Part shown: positions 10,851-22,062 of the stretch, piece after piece
How positions within the stretch are numbered: position 1 is the stretch's first letter
How the letters are laid out: each line of letters opens with the position of its first letter
Assembly: GCA_963665295.1 (NCBI GenBank)
Contig: OY762209.1
Coordinates: 3,136,001 to 3,200,000 of the forward strand
From: Syntrophorhabdaceae bacterium
GTDB lineage: Bacteria; Desulfobacterota; Syntrophorhabdia; Syntrophorhabdales; Syntrophorhabdaceae
Direction of reading: 5' to 3'
DNA length: 64,000 nucleotides
The notes under the pieces: generated by a model
What the model was told of the DNA's origin: nothing
Database searches by the model: none
Seen by the model: only the letters and a program-made list of their open reading frames with translations
Position numbers and translations under genes: made by a program

Positions 10851-13474
10851 ATTCGAAAGAGATAAGAAGATTATTTTTGGACTATTTCGCCGGAAAAGGC
10901 CACACCATAGTGCCCAGCGCATCGCTGGTTCCGGAGAAGGACCCCAGCCTGCTGTTCGTGAACGCAGGCATGGTGCAGTTCAAGAACCTGTTCCTGGGGA
11001 TCGAGAAAAGGGATTACACGAGGGCGACTACGTGTCAGAAGTGTGTGAGGGCCGGAGGGAAGCATAACGACCTCGACAATATCGGAAAGACTCTGAGGCA
11101 CCACACCTTCTTCGAAATGCTCGGTAATTTTTCTTTTGGCGACTATTTCAAGAAGGAAGCGATAGGTTATGCGTGGGAATTCCTGACCGACGTGCTCGAG
11201 CTCGACAAGGAAAAGCTGTGGATCACGGTATACGAGGAAGACGACGAAGCGGCGGTGATCTGGCAATCCATCGGGGTCAGGCCGGACCGGATCGTCCGGA
11301 TGGGTGAGAAGGACAACTTCTGGTCCATGGGCGATGAAGGTCCGTGCGGTCCCTGTTCCGAGATCATTTATGACCTGGGCGAGGATGTTGGGTGCAAGCG
11401 GCCCACGTGCAAGGTCGGATGCGAGTGTGACCGGTACCTGGAGATATGGAACCTTGTTTTCATGGAATTCGAACGTACGAAAGACGGGGAGATGAGGAAG
11501 CTGCCCCGGCCGTCTATAGATACGGGCATGGGATTTGAGAGGATCACTTCTGTCTTGCAGGGCAAAATAGGCAATTATGAGACCGACCTTTTTGCTCCGA
11601 TCATCAGGAAACTTGAAGACATTTCCCATAACGTTTACGGCGAGAGCGAAAAAATAGACGTGGCCATGAGGGTCATTGCGGACCATGCCCGGGGCGCCAC
11701 TTTCATAATCAATGATGGCATATTGCCGGGAAAGGACGGCAGGGCTTACGTACTGAGGAGAATTATCAGGAGGGCGCTCAGGTACGGGAAGAAGATCGGT
11801 ATCGAGAAAGAGTTCCTCCACGACCTCTCGAGCGCGGTGGTCGATCTCATGGGGGATGTGTACCCGGACATAAAGAATAACCATCCCTACATAGCGGGTG
11901 TAATCCGGGGCGAAGAAGAACGGTTCATGGAAACCCTCAATGTGGGAATGAAGGTTTACAATGAGATCGAAGAAGAGATCAAGGCGAAAGGGGAACACAT
12001 CATACCCGGCGACCTTGTATACAAACTCTATGATACCTATGGTTTTCCCCTTGATATTACCGCCGAGATGGCGGAAGAGGACGGTCTGGTCCTCGATATG
12101 CCGGGATTCCAACTCGCTCTGGAGGATCAGAAGACGAGATCGCGGGTAGGATCGAAACTCAAGGGTGAGACCTTGGGCGAAGGCCAGATATCCGTGCTCA
12201 AGGAAGGCATCACAAGCCGTTTTGTCGGATATGAGGATCTCGAAGTCGAGAGCGCTTTTGTGATAAGCATGTTAAAAGACGAGAAGCCGGTCCTCGAATT
12301 GCATGAAGGCGAGACGGGCAATGTGTTCTTTGATACCACCCCGTTTTATGCGGAAAGCGGCGGTCAGGTGGAAGATGAAGGTGCGGTGACCTGGGCCGGC
12401 GGGAAGGCGAGGGTCGTTGCCGTCGAGAAGGTCAAGGCTGATCTCTTTTCCCATGACCTGGTGATTGGGGAAGGTACCCTCAAAAAGGGTCAGAAAGTCC
12501 GTCTTGAAGTAGATACGGACAGGCGGCGGTCCATCGCCAGGAACCATACGGCTACCCATCTTCTCCAGTATGCCTTGAGACAGGTACTGGGAGATCACGT
12601 CAAGCAGTCCGGTTCACTGGTAGAGAGGGACAGACTCAGATTCGATTTTACCCACTTCCAGGGCCTCGATGCGGCGGAGATAGCCAGAGTGGAAGACATC
12701 GTAAATGAGAAGATTATGTCGTGCGCAAGCGTTTCGATCCTGACAAAGAACCGGGAAGAGGCGATAAAGGAAGGGGCGACGGCGCTCTTTGAAGAGAAGT
12801 ACGGTGAAACAGTCAGGGTTGTGCGCATCGGCGACTTCAGTGTGGAGTTATGCGGTGGGACCCATGTGAAGAACACGGGGGAAATAGGCAGCTTCTACGT
12901 GATAAGCGAAGGTTCCCTTGCCTCCGGGGTGAGGCGAATCGAGGCTACAACAGGCAAAGGGGCGCTTCTCCACAAAAGAAAACTGGACGGCATCCTCAAG
13001 TCCATATCAAGGGCCTGCAATACGGAACCGGAAAGAATCCAGGAAAAAGTGGAGTCCCTGATCGTCGAACTGGATAAGAGAGAAAAGGAAATAGAGCGGC
13101 TGAAGGGGGAGATGGTACTGTCCCGGGTAGACGAGGCGATCAATGGCGCCTACGAGAAGGACGGGGTGAAGTTCATACCCATGTATGTTCCCGGCGGAAA
13201 AGCCGATGATCTGAGGAAAGTAACCGATATTATAAGGGATAAGGCAAAGAGCTGCGTCGTCCTTGTAGGCTCGGTGGAAGACGGCAAAGGTATGCTCGTC
13301 GTGGCGGTGAGTCGTGATCTGCAGCCTACTTTCCATGCAGGGAAAATCGTCAAGAAGATTACCGAGAAATACCAGGGAAAGGGCGGCGGAGGTCCCCAGA
13401 TTGCACAGGGTGGCATTCCGGGTGACAGCGTTCTCACTGTGCTCGGGAATATCAGGGATGTTATCGATGGCTGA
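10847..13474 (+). CDS. alaS: alanine--tRNA ligase
   Basis: [49 protein letters not shown]. Confidence 0.99.
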
Positions 13475-13576
13475 CCGGCTGATAGTACGGGCTCGTATGT
13501 TCAGGACGAACAATAGGCACGCGAGCCCCTTTCAGATATACAGGCAACGAAATTCTGCGGATGTTTTGGGGGTTCC

Positions 13577-14245
13577 ATGAAGGAGTATCAGGATCGTGTA
13601 AGAGCGGCCAGTTTTTTTTCCGTGTTAACGGATGCGGAATTGGCCATCCTGCTGAAGATTGCAAGGGTACGAAAATTCAGCAAGAACTATGTAATTTTTG
13701 AGGAAGGGGACACCAGAGCAGCGCTGCACATCGTGCTTTCCGGTAAAGTGAAGATCTCTCTCTACGACGAAGAGGGCAAGGAATACGTGCTCGATATAAT
13801 CGGCAGCGGAGGGTTTTTCGGCGAACTTTCCATGTTTGACGAACTGACCGGTTTCGCCAATATCATCGCCTCGGAAGAAACTGAATGCGTGGTAATTCAA
13901 AGGCAGGACTTCGTAAATCTGCTCATGGACAATCCCGCCTTTACGGTGAATGTGCTGAAGACGTTGATAAAGAAGCTGAGGGCCGCAAACGAGAGGATCA
14001 AGGGGCTTGCCTTTCTGAACGTGGAGAACAGGATCCTGAAATACCTTATGGAAATCGGAGAGAAGTCGGGGGTTAAGGTAAAAGACAGGGTAATTGTCGA
14101 GCGGGGACCCACACAGGTGGAAATTGCGAACTCCTGCGGCTGTTCGAGGGAGACAGTCTCGCGGATGATAAAGAGCCTTGTGAACAAAGGCAAGATCAGC
14201 GTCATCAAAAGGCAGTATACGCTTCGTCCCGTGTATCCTACCTGA
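13577..14245 (+). CDS. Crp/Fnr-family transcriptional regulator
   Basis: cNMP-binding-like domain (FFGELSMF) and HTH CSRETVSR. Confidence 0.93.
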   Translation: MKEYQDRVRAASFFSVLTDAELAILLKIARVRKFSKNYVIFEEGDTRAALHIVLSGKVKISLYDEEGKEYVLDIIGSGGFFGELSMFDELTGFANIIASEETECVVIQRQDFVNLLMDNPAFTVNVLKTLIKKLRAANERIKGLAFLNVENRILKYLMEIGEKSGVKVKDRVIVERGPTQVEIANSCGCSRETVSRMIKSLVNKGKISVIKRQYTLRPVYPT

Positions 14246-14349
14246 CTGAAAGCAGCCTTGTTCGCAATGTAGTCGTTGACAAGGCGTTTCGAAAGATATT
14301 ATAGTCAAAGATCTGAAAGCTGGGAAATAACAAGGGAAAAGAGAGAACG

Positions 14350-15582
14350 ATGAATAGCGGGGAATTAAAGGAGCGGCTGGAACAAAAAGAACAGGAGTTG
14401 AGAATACTGCACGAAGTGGCTCAGGATATCAGCAGCAACCTTGACCTTCATGAGCTTCTCGTAAAAATAGTCGACATGGTTATGAATACCATTGCCGCTG
14501 ATTCGTGCCTGATTTATCTGTACGATAAGCATAACGAAGAGCTTACCCTCACAGCGTCAAGTAACGCGGACCACAAGATGCTGGGAAGGGTGAAACTCAA
14601 AATAGGCGAAGGTGTTACGGGTTGGGTTGCAAAAGAGAAGAAGCCCCTGGCCTTGGAAGCCAAGGCCTACAAGGATCAGAGATTCAAAACCTTCACATCC
14701 CTGGACGACGAAAAATATGAAGGCTTCCTCTCCATACCTATTCTCTCCAAGAATGAGATCGTGGGTGTAATGAACATCAGAAACCGCAAGGAACATCGTT
14801 ACCCGACCCACCAGATAGATCTCCTGTTCACTGTGGGCAGGTATCTGGGGAGCGCCATTGCAAATGCGAGGATCTACGAGGAAGTGGTGAGCAAGGCAAA
14901 ACAACTCGACCTGCTCTCGGAAGTATCCCGTACCATCGTTTCCGATTATTACCTGAAGGAGATCCTCCAGCTTATTGTCACCATGACCGCGGAAGTGATG
15001 GATTCGAAGATATGTTCGATAATGCTTCTGGATGAGAAGAAGGAAGAGTTGATCATCGCTGCCACCCAGAGCCTGAGCCAGGAGTACCTGAGCAAGCCGA
15101 ACCTGAAGGTCGGCCAGTCGGTGAGCGGCAGGGTGGTTCTGGAGAAGAAGCCCATTACCGTCGAGGACGTGACAATGGAGAAGGGCTTTATGTTTCCCGA
15201 TGTGGCGAGAAAGGAGGGCATTGTATCACTTCTCTCCGTTCCCATGATGATCAAAGACAGGGTCGTAGGGGTTATCAACAGCTATACCCAGAGCGAACAT
15301 AACTTCAATAAAGAGGAAATTGACATTCTTCAGACAGTGGCCAATCAGGCTGCCGTGGCCATAGAAAACACCCACCTGAGTCAGGAGATATTCGCCGCAA
15401 AAGAGGCCCTCGAAGCCAGAAAGACCATTGAGCGGGCAAAAGGAATACTGATGAGGGAATTGGGCGTCTCCGAGGATGAGGCATACAAGAAGATCCACAA
15501 GAAGAGTATGGACCTCAGAAAGACCATGAAAGAGATTGCCGAGGCAATCATCCTGACCTTCGACCTCAAGAGAAAGATTTAA
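14350..15582 (+). CDS. GAF-GAF-ANTAR RNA-binding antiterminator
   Basis: Two GAF domains (GEGVTGWVA; LLSVPMMIKDRVVGVIN) and a C-terminal ANTAR (RKTIERAKGILM...EDEAY..I.KKSMD.RKTMKEIAEAII). Confidence 0.95.
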   Translation: MNSGELKERLEQKEQELRILHEVAQDISSNLDLHELLVKIVDMVMNTIAADSCLIYLYDKHNEELTLTASSNADHKMLGRVKLKIGEGVTGWVAKEKKPLALEAKAYKDQRFKTFTSLDDEKYEGFLSIPILSKNEIVGVMNIRNRKEHRYPTHQIDLLFTVGRYLGSAIANARIYEEVVSKAKQLDLLSEVSRTIVSDYYLKEILQLIVTMTAEVMDSKICSIMLLDEKKEELIIAATQSLSQEYLSKPNLKVGQSVSGRVVLEKKPITVEDVTMEKGFMFPDVARKEGIVSLLSVPMMIKDRVVGVINSYTQSEHNFNKEEIDILQTVANQAAVAIENTHLSQEIFAAKEALEARKTIERAKGILMRELGVSEDEAYKKIHKKSMDLRKTMKEIAEAIILTFDLKRKI

Positions 15583-15662
15583 CACCTCTTTGCATCAGCC
15601 CTCCGGTTGACCGGGTTCCGCCCTTCCGTACCGGCAGGTTACCATATGGGTCAGGCGGGAAC

Positions 15663-15691
15663 TTGACACGGGGTGCTGAAAGGAGTATTAT
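15663..15691 (+). promoter_or_regulatory. sigma70-type promoter for the sigma-factor gene
   Basis: TTGACA-17 bp-TATTAT. Confidence 0.75.
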
Positions 15692-15701
15692 AAACTTAAG
15701 T

Positions 15702-15759
15702 AGACATTGAAGTCTCCTGGTAGAGGCTGCTAATAAAAGTTAGGCGGACTTAGGCGTCC
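15702..15759 (+). promoter_or_regulatory. ANTAR-type dual-hairpin leader
   Basis: AGAC-ATTGAA-GTCT (15702-15715) and GGAC-TTAGGC-GTCC (15746-15759); both hexaloops have G at position 4, and the second overlaps the terminator 5' arm. Confidence 0.7.
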
Positions 15760-15796
15760 AAATCACCATGGGTGGTTTGAACGCCTTTTTTGTTTT
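15752..15796 (+). terminator. intrinsic terminator (attenuator) in the sigma-gene leader
   Basis: AGGCGTCCAAATCACC-ATG-GGTGGTTTGAACGCCT followed by TTTTTGTTTT. Confidence 0.85.
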
Positions 15797-15822
15797 CGTC
15801 CGCGACAAACGAGGTGGCGAAC

Positions 15823-16386
15823 ATGGAGAGAAACAGGGTTACCAATGAGGACGGAAAATGGGGCATGACCTTCGACAGCCTTGTGCACAGGATATCCCCT
15901 ACGCTTAAAAGAATCACGAAGCGGCTGAACGGCCACTTCTCTTTCTTTAACGATGAAGACCTGTACCAGGAGGCGCTGACCCACCTGTGGGTCGATTACA
16001 GGGAAGGCGTGCTTGGCGACAAGACCGACAGCTATATTCTGCAGGGGTGTTATTTTCACCTGAGAAACTACCTCCGCAAGGTTCAGGATAATGTGGTCGT
16101 CTTGAGCTTCAACGCCCCTGTCGGCGAAGACGGTACGAGATTGGAGGATCTGGCGGCGATTGATGACGGGGTTCGCTTCGATCATCTGGAAAGCAGGCTG
16201 CAAATGGAGGTGGCGGAGAAGAGATATTTTACGGAGAGAGAAAAGAATGTGTTGATGCTCTTTCTGGAAGGCATGTCGATGAGGGAAATCGGCAGCAAGC
16301 TCGGCATATCCCACGTGATGGTGCTGAAAATAAGGAACCGGATCAAAGACAAATATGTACAGTTCAATAAGGAAACGCAAAATTAG
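15823..16386 (+). CDS. alternative sigma-70-family (ECF/SigH-like) sigma factor
   Basis: Region 2 (EDLYQEALTHLW...YFHLRNYLRK) and region 4 (TEREKNVL...GMSMREIGSKLGISHVMV); GAGGTGG RBS. Confidence 0.88.
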   Translation: MERNRVTNEDGKWGMTFDSLVHRISPTLKRITKRLNGHFSFFNDEDLYQEALTHLWVDYREGVLGDKTDSYILQGCYFHLRNYLRKVQDNVVVLSFNAPVGEDGTRLEDLAAIDDGVRFDHLESRLQMEVAEKRYFTEREKNVLMLFLEGMSMREIGSKLGISHVMVLKIRNRIKDKYVQFNKETQN

Positions 16387-16447
16387 GTTAACAGACTCTT
16401 GATGGTGCGACTTGTAGTATTATAGCCCAAAGTAAGGGCATAGAAAT

Positions 16448-16506
16448 CACGTTGATGTGGATTGAAACGACGGCGTTCTGGCAAAACAGAGCGCCGTCTT
16501 GCGTTG
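16448..16506 (+). promoter_or_regulatory. ANTAR-type dual hairpin plus overlapping terminator-like stem
   Basis: CAC-GTTGAT-GTG, a 6-nt linker, then AAC-GACGGC-GTT overlapping a 12-bp stem GACGGCGTTCTG/CAGAGCGCCGTC with a weak U tail. Confidence 0.7.
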
Positions 16507-16687
16507 CAGTCGGGTGGCAGGGACATGTCGGGACGGGTGATCCTGGAGGCGTCTACCGGAAAACATAAAGGAGGTGGAGGGAAGGACTGTGTGAAACAGT
16601 TTGCAAGAAGGGCAGTCGAGATAGTAAAACGTTGGATGACAAAGAATTCCGTGTTCCGGCACGGAGCACAAAATCAGGAGGTGTGAA

Positions 16688-17638
16688 GTGAAATTGGCGA
16701 GATATTTACTGCTATTTTTCGTGTTATCATTTTTCGCATGCACAGGTATTCTCCATGCAGACGAAGCAAAGGCACCGGAAGCAAAAGGCATCGATAAGAC
16801 CATAAAGGTTGCGGGCGATCAGGCAGCCGAGGGTGCTCAGAAAGAGGTTCCCAAAGCGGACGCTCCCAAAGCGGAGGAGCCGCCGGCCCTTACGGGCAGC
16901 GTATCAACCGCTGTTTTAAACAGGTACATCTTCCGTGGATACCGGATCGGTGAAAGCGGGCTTGTAATCCAACCGTCCGTTTCCGCTTCGTTCAAAGGCT
17001 TTACCGCAACGTACTGGGGGAACTATGATACCCACCAGACGAACACCACGTCCGCCACATTTGCGAGTGAGGGGCAGGGAGGATACAATGAAACGGACTT
17101 GACCTTGAGTTATACCTACACGATAAACAAGCTCTCTCTGACGGGCGGGTATATCCACTATGAGTTGAGGTACGCAAAGTCGACGGGTGAGTTCTTTACC
17201 ACCATCGCCTATGATATGCTCACAAAGCCTACCCTGTCAGTCTACCAGGACGTGAGCGCCTATCCCGGGACCTACCTCAATCTTTCCTTTGCCCATTCCT
17301 TCAACCTTCCTAAGGATATAACCCTCGATCTCGGTGCGTCTTTCGGATATGAGGCGGGACAGGGAAGATACTGGGAGACCTATCAGCCTTCCACGGCGGA
17401 CTACAGTGGAAGCAAGTACAAGGGGTTCCACGACGGTATGGTAAAAGCGGGGTTTACGATCCCTGTGACCAAAGCCTTTCTTGTCCAGCCTGTGTATCAG
17501 TACTGGTTCCCCCTCTCGGCGGATTCGAACAGGACCTATGGTACCGACCCGGCGAGCGGTCTCCGGATACCCTATAACCCGAACGGCTATCTCACGAGCA
17601 GCCAGGTGTATGGAGTGAACTTTGTGTATAATTTCTAG
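16688..17638 (+). CDS. outer-membrane beta-barrel protein (Gcw_chp/TorF-like putative porin)
   Basis: Signal peptide, YIFRG...IQPS and ETDLTLSY motifs, C-terminal Phe; AGGAGG RBS, GTG start. Confidence 0.75.
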   Translation: MKLARYLLLFFVLSFFACTGILHADEAKAPEAKGIDKTIKVAGDQAAEGAQKEVPKADAPKAEEPPALTGSVSTAVLNRYIFRGYRIGESGLVIQPSVSASFKGFTATYWGNYDTHQTNTTSATFASEGQGGYNETDLTLSYTYTINKLSLTGGYIHYELRYAKSTGEFFTTIAYDMLTKPTLSVYQDVSAYPGTYLNLSFAHSFNLPKDITLDLGASFGYEAGQGRYWETYQPSTADYSGSKYKGFHDGMVKAGFTIPVTKAFLVQPVYQYWFPLSADSNRTYGTDPASGLRIPYNPNGYLTSSQVYGVNFVYNF

Positions 17639-17886
17639 TTTCAGCAGTATTTTTGCCGCAGTGTTGCGGTAACCCCCTGACTGATCAGGTTCTAATCGCA
17701 TTAAAAGACATTGAAGTCTCTTTGAGCTACGCCTCTTGCCGCACCAGAGGCGAGGCGTAGCGCGGAAGTACCGTAAACGGACTGTCCGGTTCGCAAGGTT
17801 GTTGCCCGAGGTGCGTGCAGATGCGGGATTCGGAATTCGGAAAACAGGCTCAAGAACGGCTATTTCCAAACTGGAGGAGGAAGACT

Positions 17887-18153
17887 TTGAGTGACGAAAC
17901 AGACGAAAGGATTCCGGCGCATTGGTATGAGGCAACAGAGTCGAGGTATGTATGTTTGTGCTGTCACAAAGTCTTTAGTCGGGTATATAAGCCCAGAAAC
18001 ATCCTCCGAAGGAAGAAGAAAGGCCGCGGGGCCAACATGTTCTCCCTGTGGGCCTGGCACAACTTCAGGAAACATTTGTTGAAGTGCTGGGGCAACCGCA
18101 GTCTTCCGGGAAGGGAATCATCGGGCCACGGTAATATGGGCAAAACCGACTGA
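17887..18153 (+). CDS. small basic putative zinc-finger protein (88 aa)
   Basis: GGAGGAGG RBS then TTG; YVCLCC...HLLKC motif; ends 30 nt before amtB. Confidence 0.65.
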   Translation: MSDETDERIPAHWYEATESRYVCLCCHKVFSRVYKPRNILRRKKKGRGANMFSLWAWHNFRKHLLKCWGNRSLPGRESSGHGNMGKTD

Positions 18154-18183
18154 CACGGGTAGCCGAAAAAAAGGAGGCTCAAG

Positions 18184-20107
<1,924 letters not shown>

Positions 20108-20124
20108 TGAATTGATGCGCGACC

Positions 20125-20161
20125 GGCCGCGGGGCAGGTCATTAATGTCCGCCCCGCGGCC
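20125..20161 (+). terminator. GC-rich stem-loop after glnK
   Basis: GGCCGCGGGGC...GCCCCGCGGCC 11-bp inverted repeat. Confidence 0.6.
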
Positions 20162-20219
20162 CTGTTTGAACAGGAGAAGAGGTTTTTTTCGACAAAAGGC
20201 AAAAAAAAGAAGAATTTAT

Positions 20220-20405
20220 TTGACAAGCATTATTACTAATGGTATATAACGATCAGACGTTATATAGGAAGACACATAGCGCCGCCTAAAGGCGGCGTCC
20301 GGTCCTATAGATAGTTTGGTTCAGCAAGTGCTCATCTCCTTTCCATGAACGCGGCCGCCTTGGCTTCCGGAAGGCTAAAGCGGCCGAATCCGTTCACCTT
20401 TCATT
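20220..20405 (+). ncRNA. candidate small RNA with its own promoter
   Basis: A-rich UP element, TTGACA-17-TATATA, two long hairpins flanking a CU-rich anti-SD stretch, and no ORF on this strand. Confidence 0.4.
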
Positions 20406-20457
20406 GAAGTAAATTCCATAAAAAGATTTTAAAAGCTGCTGCAGCCGGGAGGGACGG

Positions 20458-21810
20458 TCAGAAGAAATACCACGCGGCGACTCTGAAGGAGTGTAATGTC
20501 GCATCTTTGCTGAGAGTCGGAATGACGCCCAGGCCCGACGGATCGGGGACTGTCCCGTAGTTCGCGTAGCGGGTGGCGAAGTACGCGTACTCCGTGGCAA
20601 ATCTCACTGAATCATTTACGTCATAGCAGAGGCTCACAATGTACTGGGTAGCGTTCTGCACTGTATTGGCGTGGGCGAAGCGGGAAGTGAGAGAGGTCTT
20701 GGCCGCATCATAGGCGCTGCTTGTGTCGTTTCTGAGATAACCGTACCAGCCGCTTACGAACAGCCTATCGGTAAGGTGGTATGATATCTGTCCCCAGCCA
20801 CCGTACATCTTTGGTGCGACGAAATCCGGGGTCTGGCCGGCAGGCTGGGAAGGCGGTGTGGTGAGGTCGCTCGGTCTCGCATAGGAGCCGGCGGAGTATG
20901 CCCTCGACTGGAGCCATGAGGGGTTCTGCGCGACAAAGAGGATGCCCGATACAGACAACGCTCCCGCCTTGCCGGATGGTTTTTGGGAGACTATGGGGAC
21001 GAAACCTTTGAGCGCGAGTCCCCAGGAATCCACATCCTTGTACGCATAGGTGATCGAGGTGGGGGCGCCGGCGGGGCCCGTGTACTGGGTGGCCCACCTT
21101 TTCTCCTGTCCGTAGAAGGCATCGATGTTCCACTGCAATTTCCACGAACCGATGGTTCCCCACCTGTCCGATGACCAGCCCAGAGAGGTTTCGTAGAAGG
21201 GCATCTGACTCGCGGTAAACCCGTCCACCACCCCTGTGTCGGTCATCGAGCGGTTGCTTCCGAGGGTATTGGTGGGAGACAAGAGGGCAAAAGAAAGGTT
21301 CCAATCCTTGGCAAATTTTCGTTCTACCCTGATCATGGGCTGGCGGCTCCCCTTCACGAAGGGAGTAAGGTCGTTGCCGCTCGTGATCATATTGGCGTAA
21401 GTGGGAAGGAAACCCCACTTTTGAAAGGTGTGCCCGATAACAAGCTTTGTCTGAGGCCAGTCGAAGGTCATGAAGGCGTGTCTCATGGCAAAGGAACCCC
21501 TTGGGGCGCCCGCATACACGCCATTGAAGTCGCCTTCGACAAAGGCCGATGTTTTTGCGCCCCATGCCTCCGGGCCTCGCGTAAGGAAGTTTATACGGGA
21601 CCCGCTGGAATACCCCGAGGTTATGCCTTCCTTCCCGTTGGGGTCCCTGTAGGCGCCGGACCCGTGCCTGCCCTGGTCCGTGTAATCCATCTCAAGCTTG
21701 ACATAACCGCCGATAGTAAGATCCCACATGCTTGTGGCGCTGCCCGCGAGAGCAGCGGCCGGGGCGGCAAGGAGCAGCAATAGATGCAGAATAATGATGA
21801 TTTTTGTCAT
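20458..21810 (-). CDS. DcaP-like outer-membrane porin
   Basis: Signal peptide, TIGGYVKLEM, SRINF, AFVEGDF, MRHAF, RQPMIR, aromatic C-terminus WYFF. Confidence 0.75.
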   Translation of the reverse strand: MTKIIIILHLLLLLAAPAAALAGSATSMWDLTIGGYVKLEMDYTDQGRHGSGAYRDPNGKEGITSGYSSGSRINFLTRGPEAWGAKTSAFVEGDFNGVYAGAPRGSFAMRHAFMTFDWPQTKLVIGHTFQKWGFLPTYANMITSGNDLTPFVKGSRQPMIRVERKFAKDWNLSFALLSPTNTLGSNRSMTDTGVVDGFTASQMPFYETSLGWSSDRWGTIGSWKLQWNIDAFYGQEKRWATQYTGPAGAPTSITYAYKDVDSWGLALKGFVPIVSQKPSGKAGALSVSGILFVAQNPSWLQSRAYSAGSYARPSDLTTPPSQPAGQTPDFVAPKMYGGWGQISYHLTDRLFVSGWYGYLRNDTSSAYDAAKTSLTSRFAHANTVQNATQYIVSLCYDVNDSVRFATEYAYFATRYANYGTVPDPSGLGVIPTLSKDATLHSFRVAAWYFF

Positions 21811-21978
21811 TCGTGGCGTCACGCTTCCATTAACGGGGGTGATCTCCTGAAAGGCGTGGCCGGTGGGTATTCGTCCGAAAGTCTTCGGGAGTCCGGTGAT
21901 AGATAGCATAGGGATGCGGAGGTTGTCAAATCATTCGGTGGGGTTTGCCGGAAAGTTTCCGTGAATGGCTGGACGCCC

Positions 21979-22012
21979 TTGACATTCAAATAATCTATGT
22001 TAATGTTATAAT
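21979..22012 (+). promoter_or_regulatory. promoter of the peptide/radical SAM operon
   Basis: TTGACA at 21979 and an extended -10 TGTTATAAT at 22004-22012. Confidence 0.6.
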
Positions 22013-22062
22013 TATAGCCTGAAGATATGAACAAAAATTTACGCGAAAGGAGGTGAGAAGCC

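Noticed and set aside
14262..14290. Possible ANTAR hairpin pair upstream of the ANTAR gene (GC-AATGTA-GT; GAC-AAGGC-GTT)
   Set aside because: The stems are very short, the second loop has 5 nt, it overlaps a TTGACA promoter element, and no terminator follows.
15620..15645. NtcA box near the sigma-gene promoter
   Set aside because: Spacing is GTA-N9-TAC rather than N8; not supported.
17765..17805. 16S rRNA-like words (CCGTAAACG, CGCAAGGTT)
   Set aside because: Only short tetraloop-like matches, with no extended rRNA similarity.
20340..20400. SRP RNA or 6S RNA (CCGGAAGG loop, long hairpin)
   Set aside because: Lacks the SRP internal-loop CAGG/AGCAG motif and the 6S single-rod shape and gene context; kept only as an unknown sRNA candidate.
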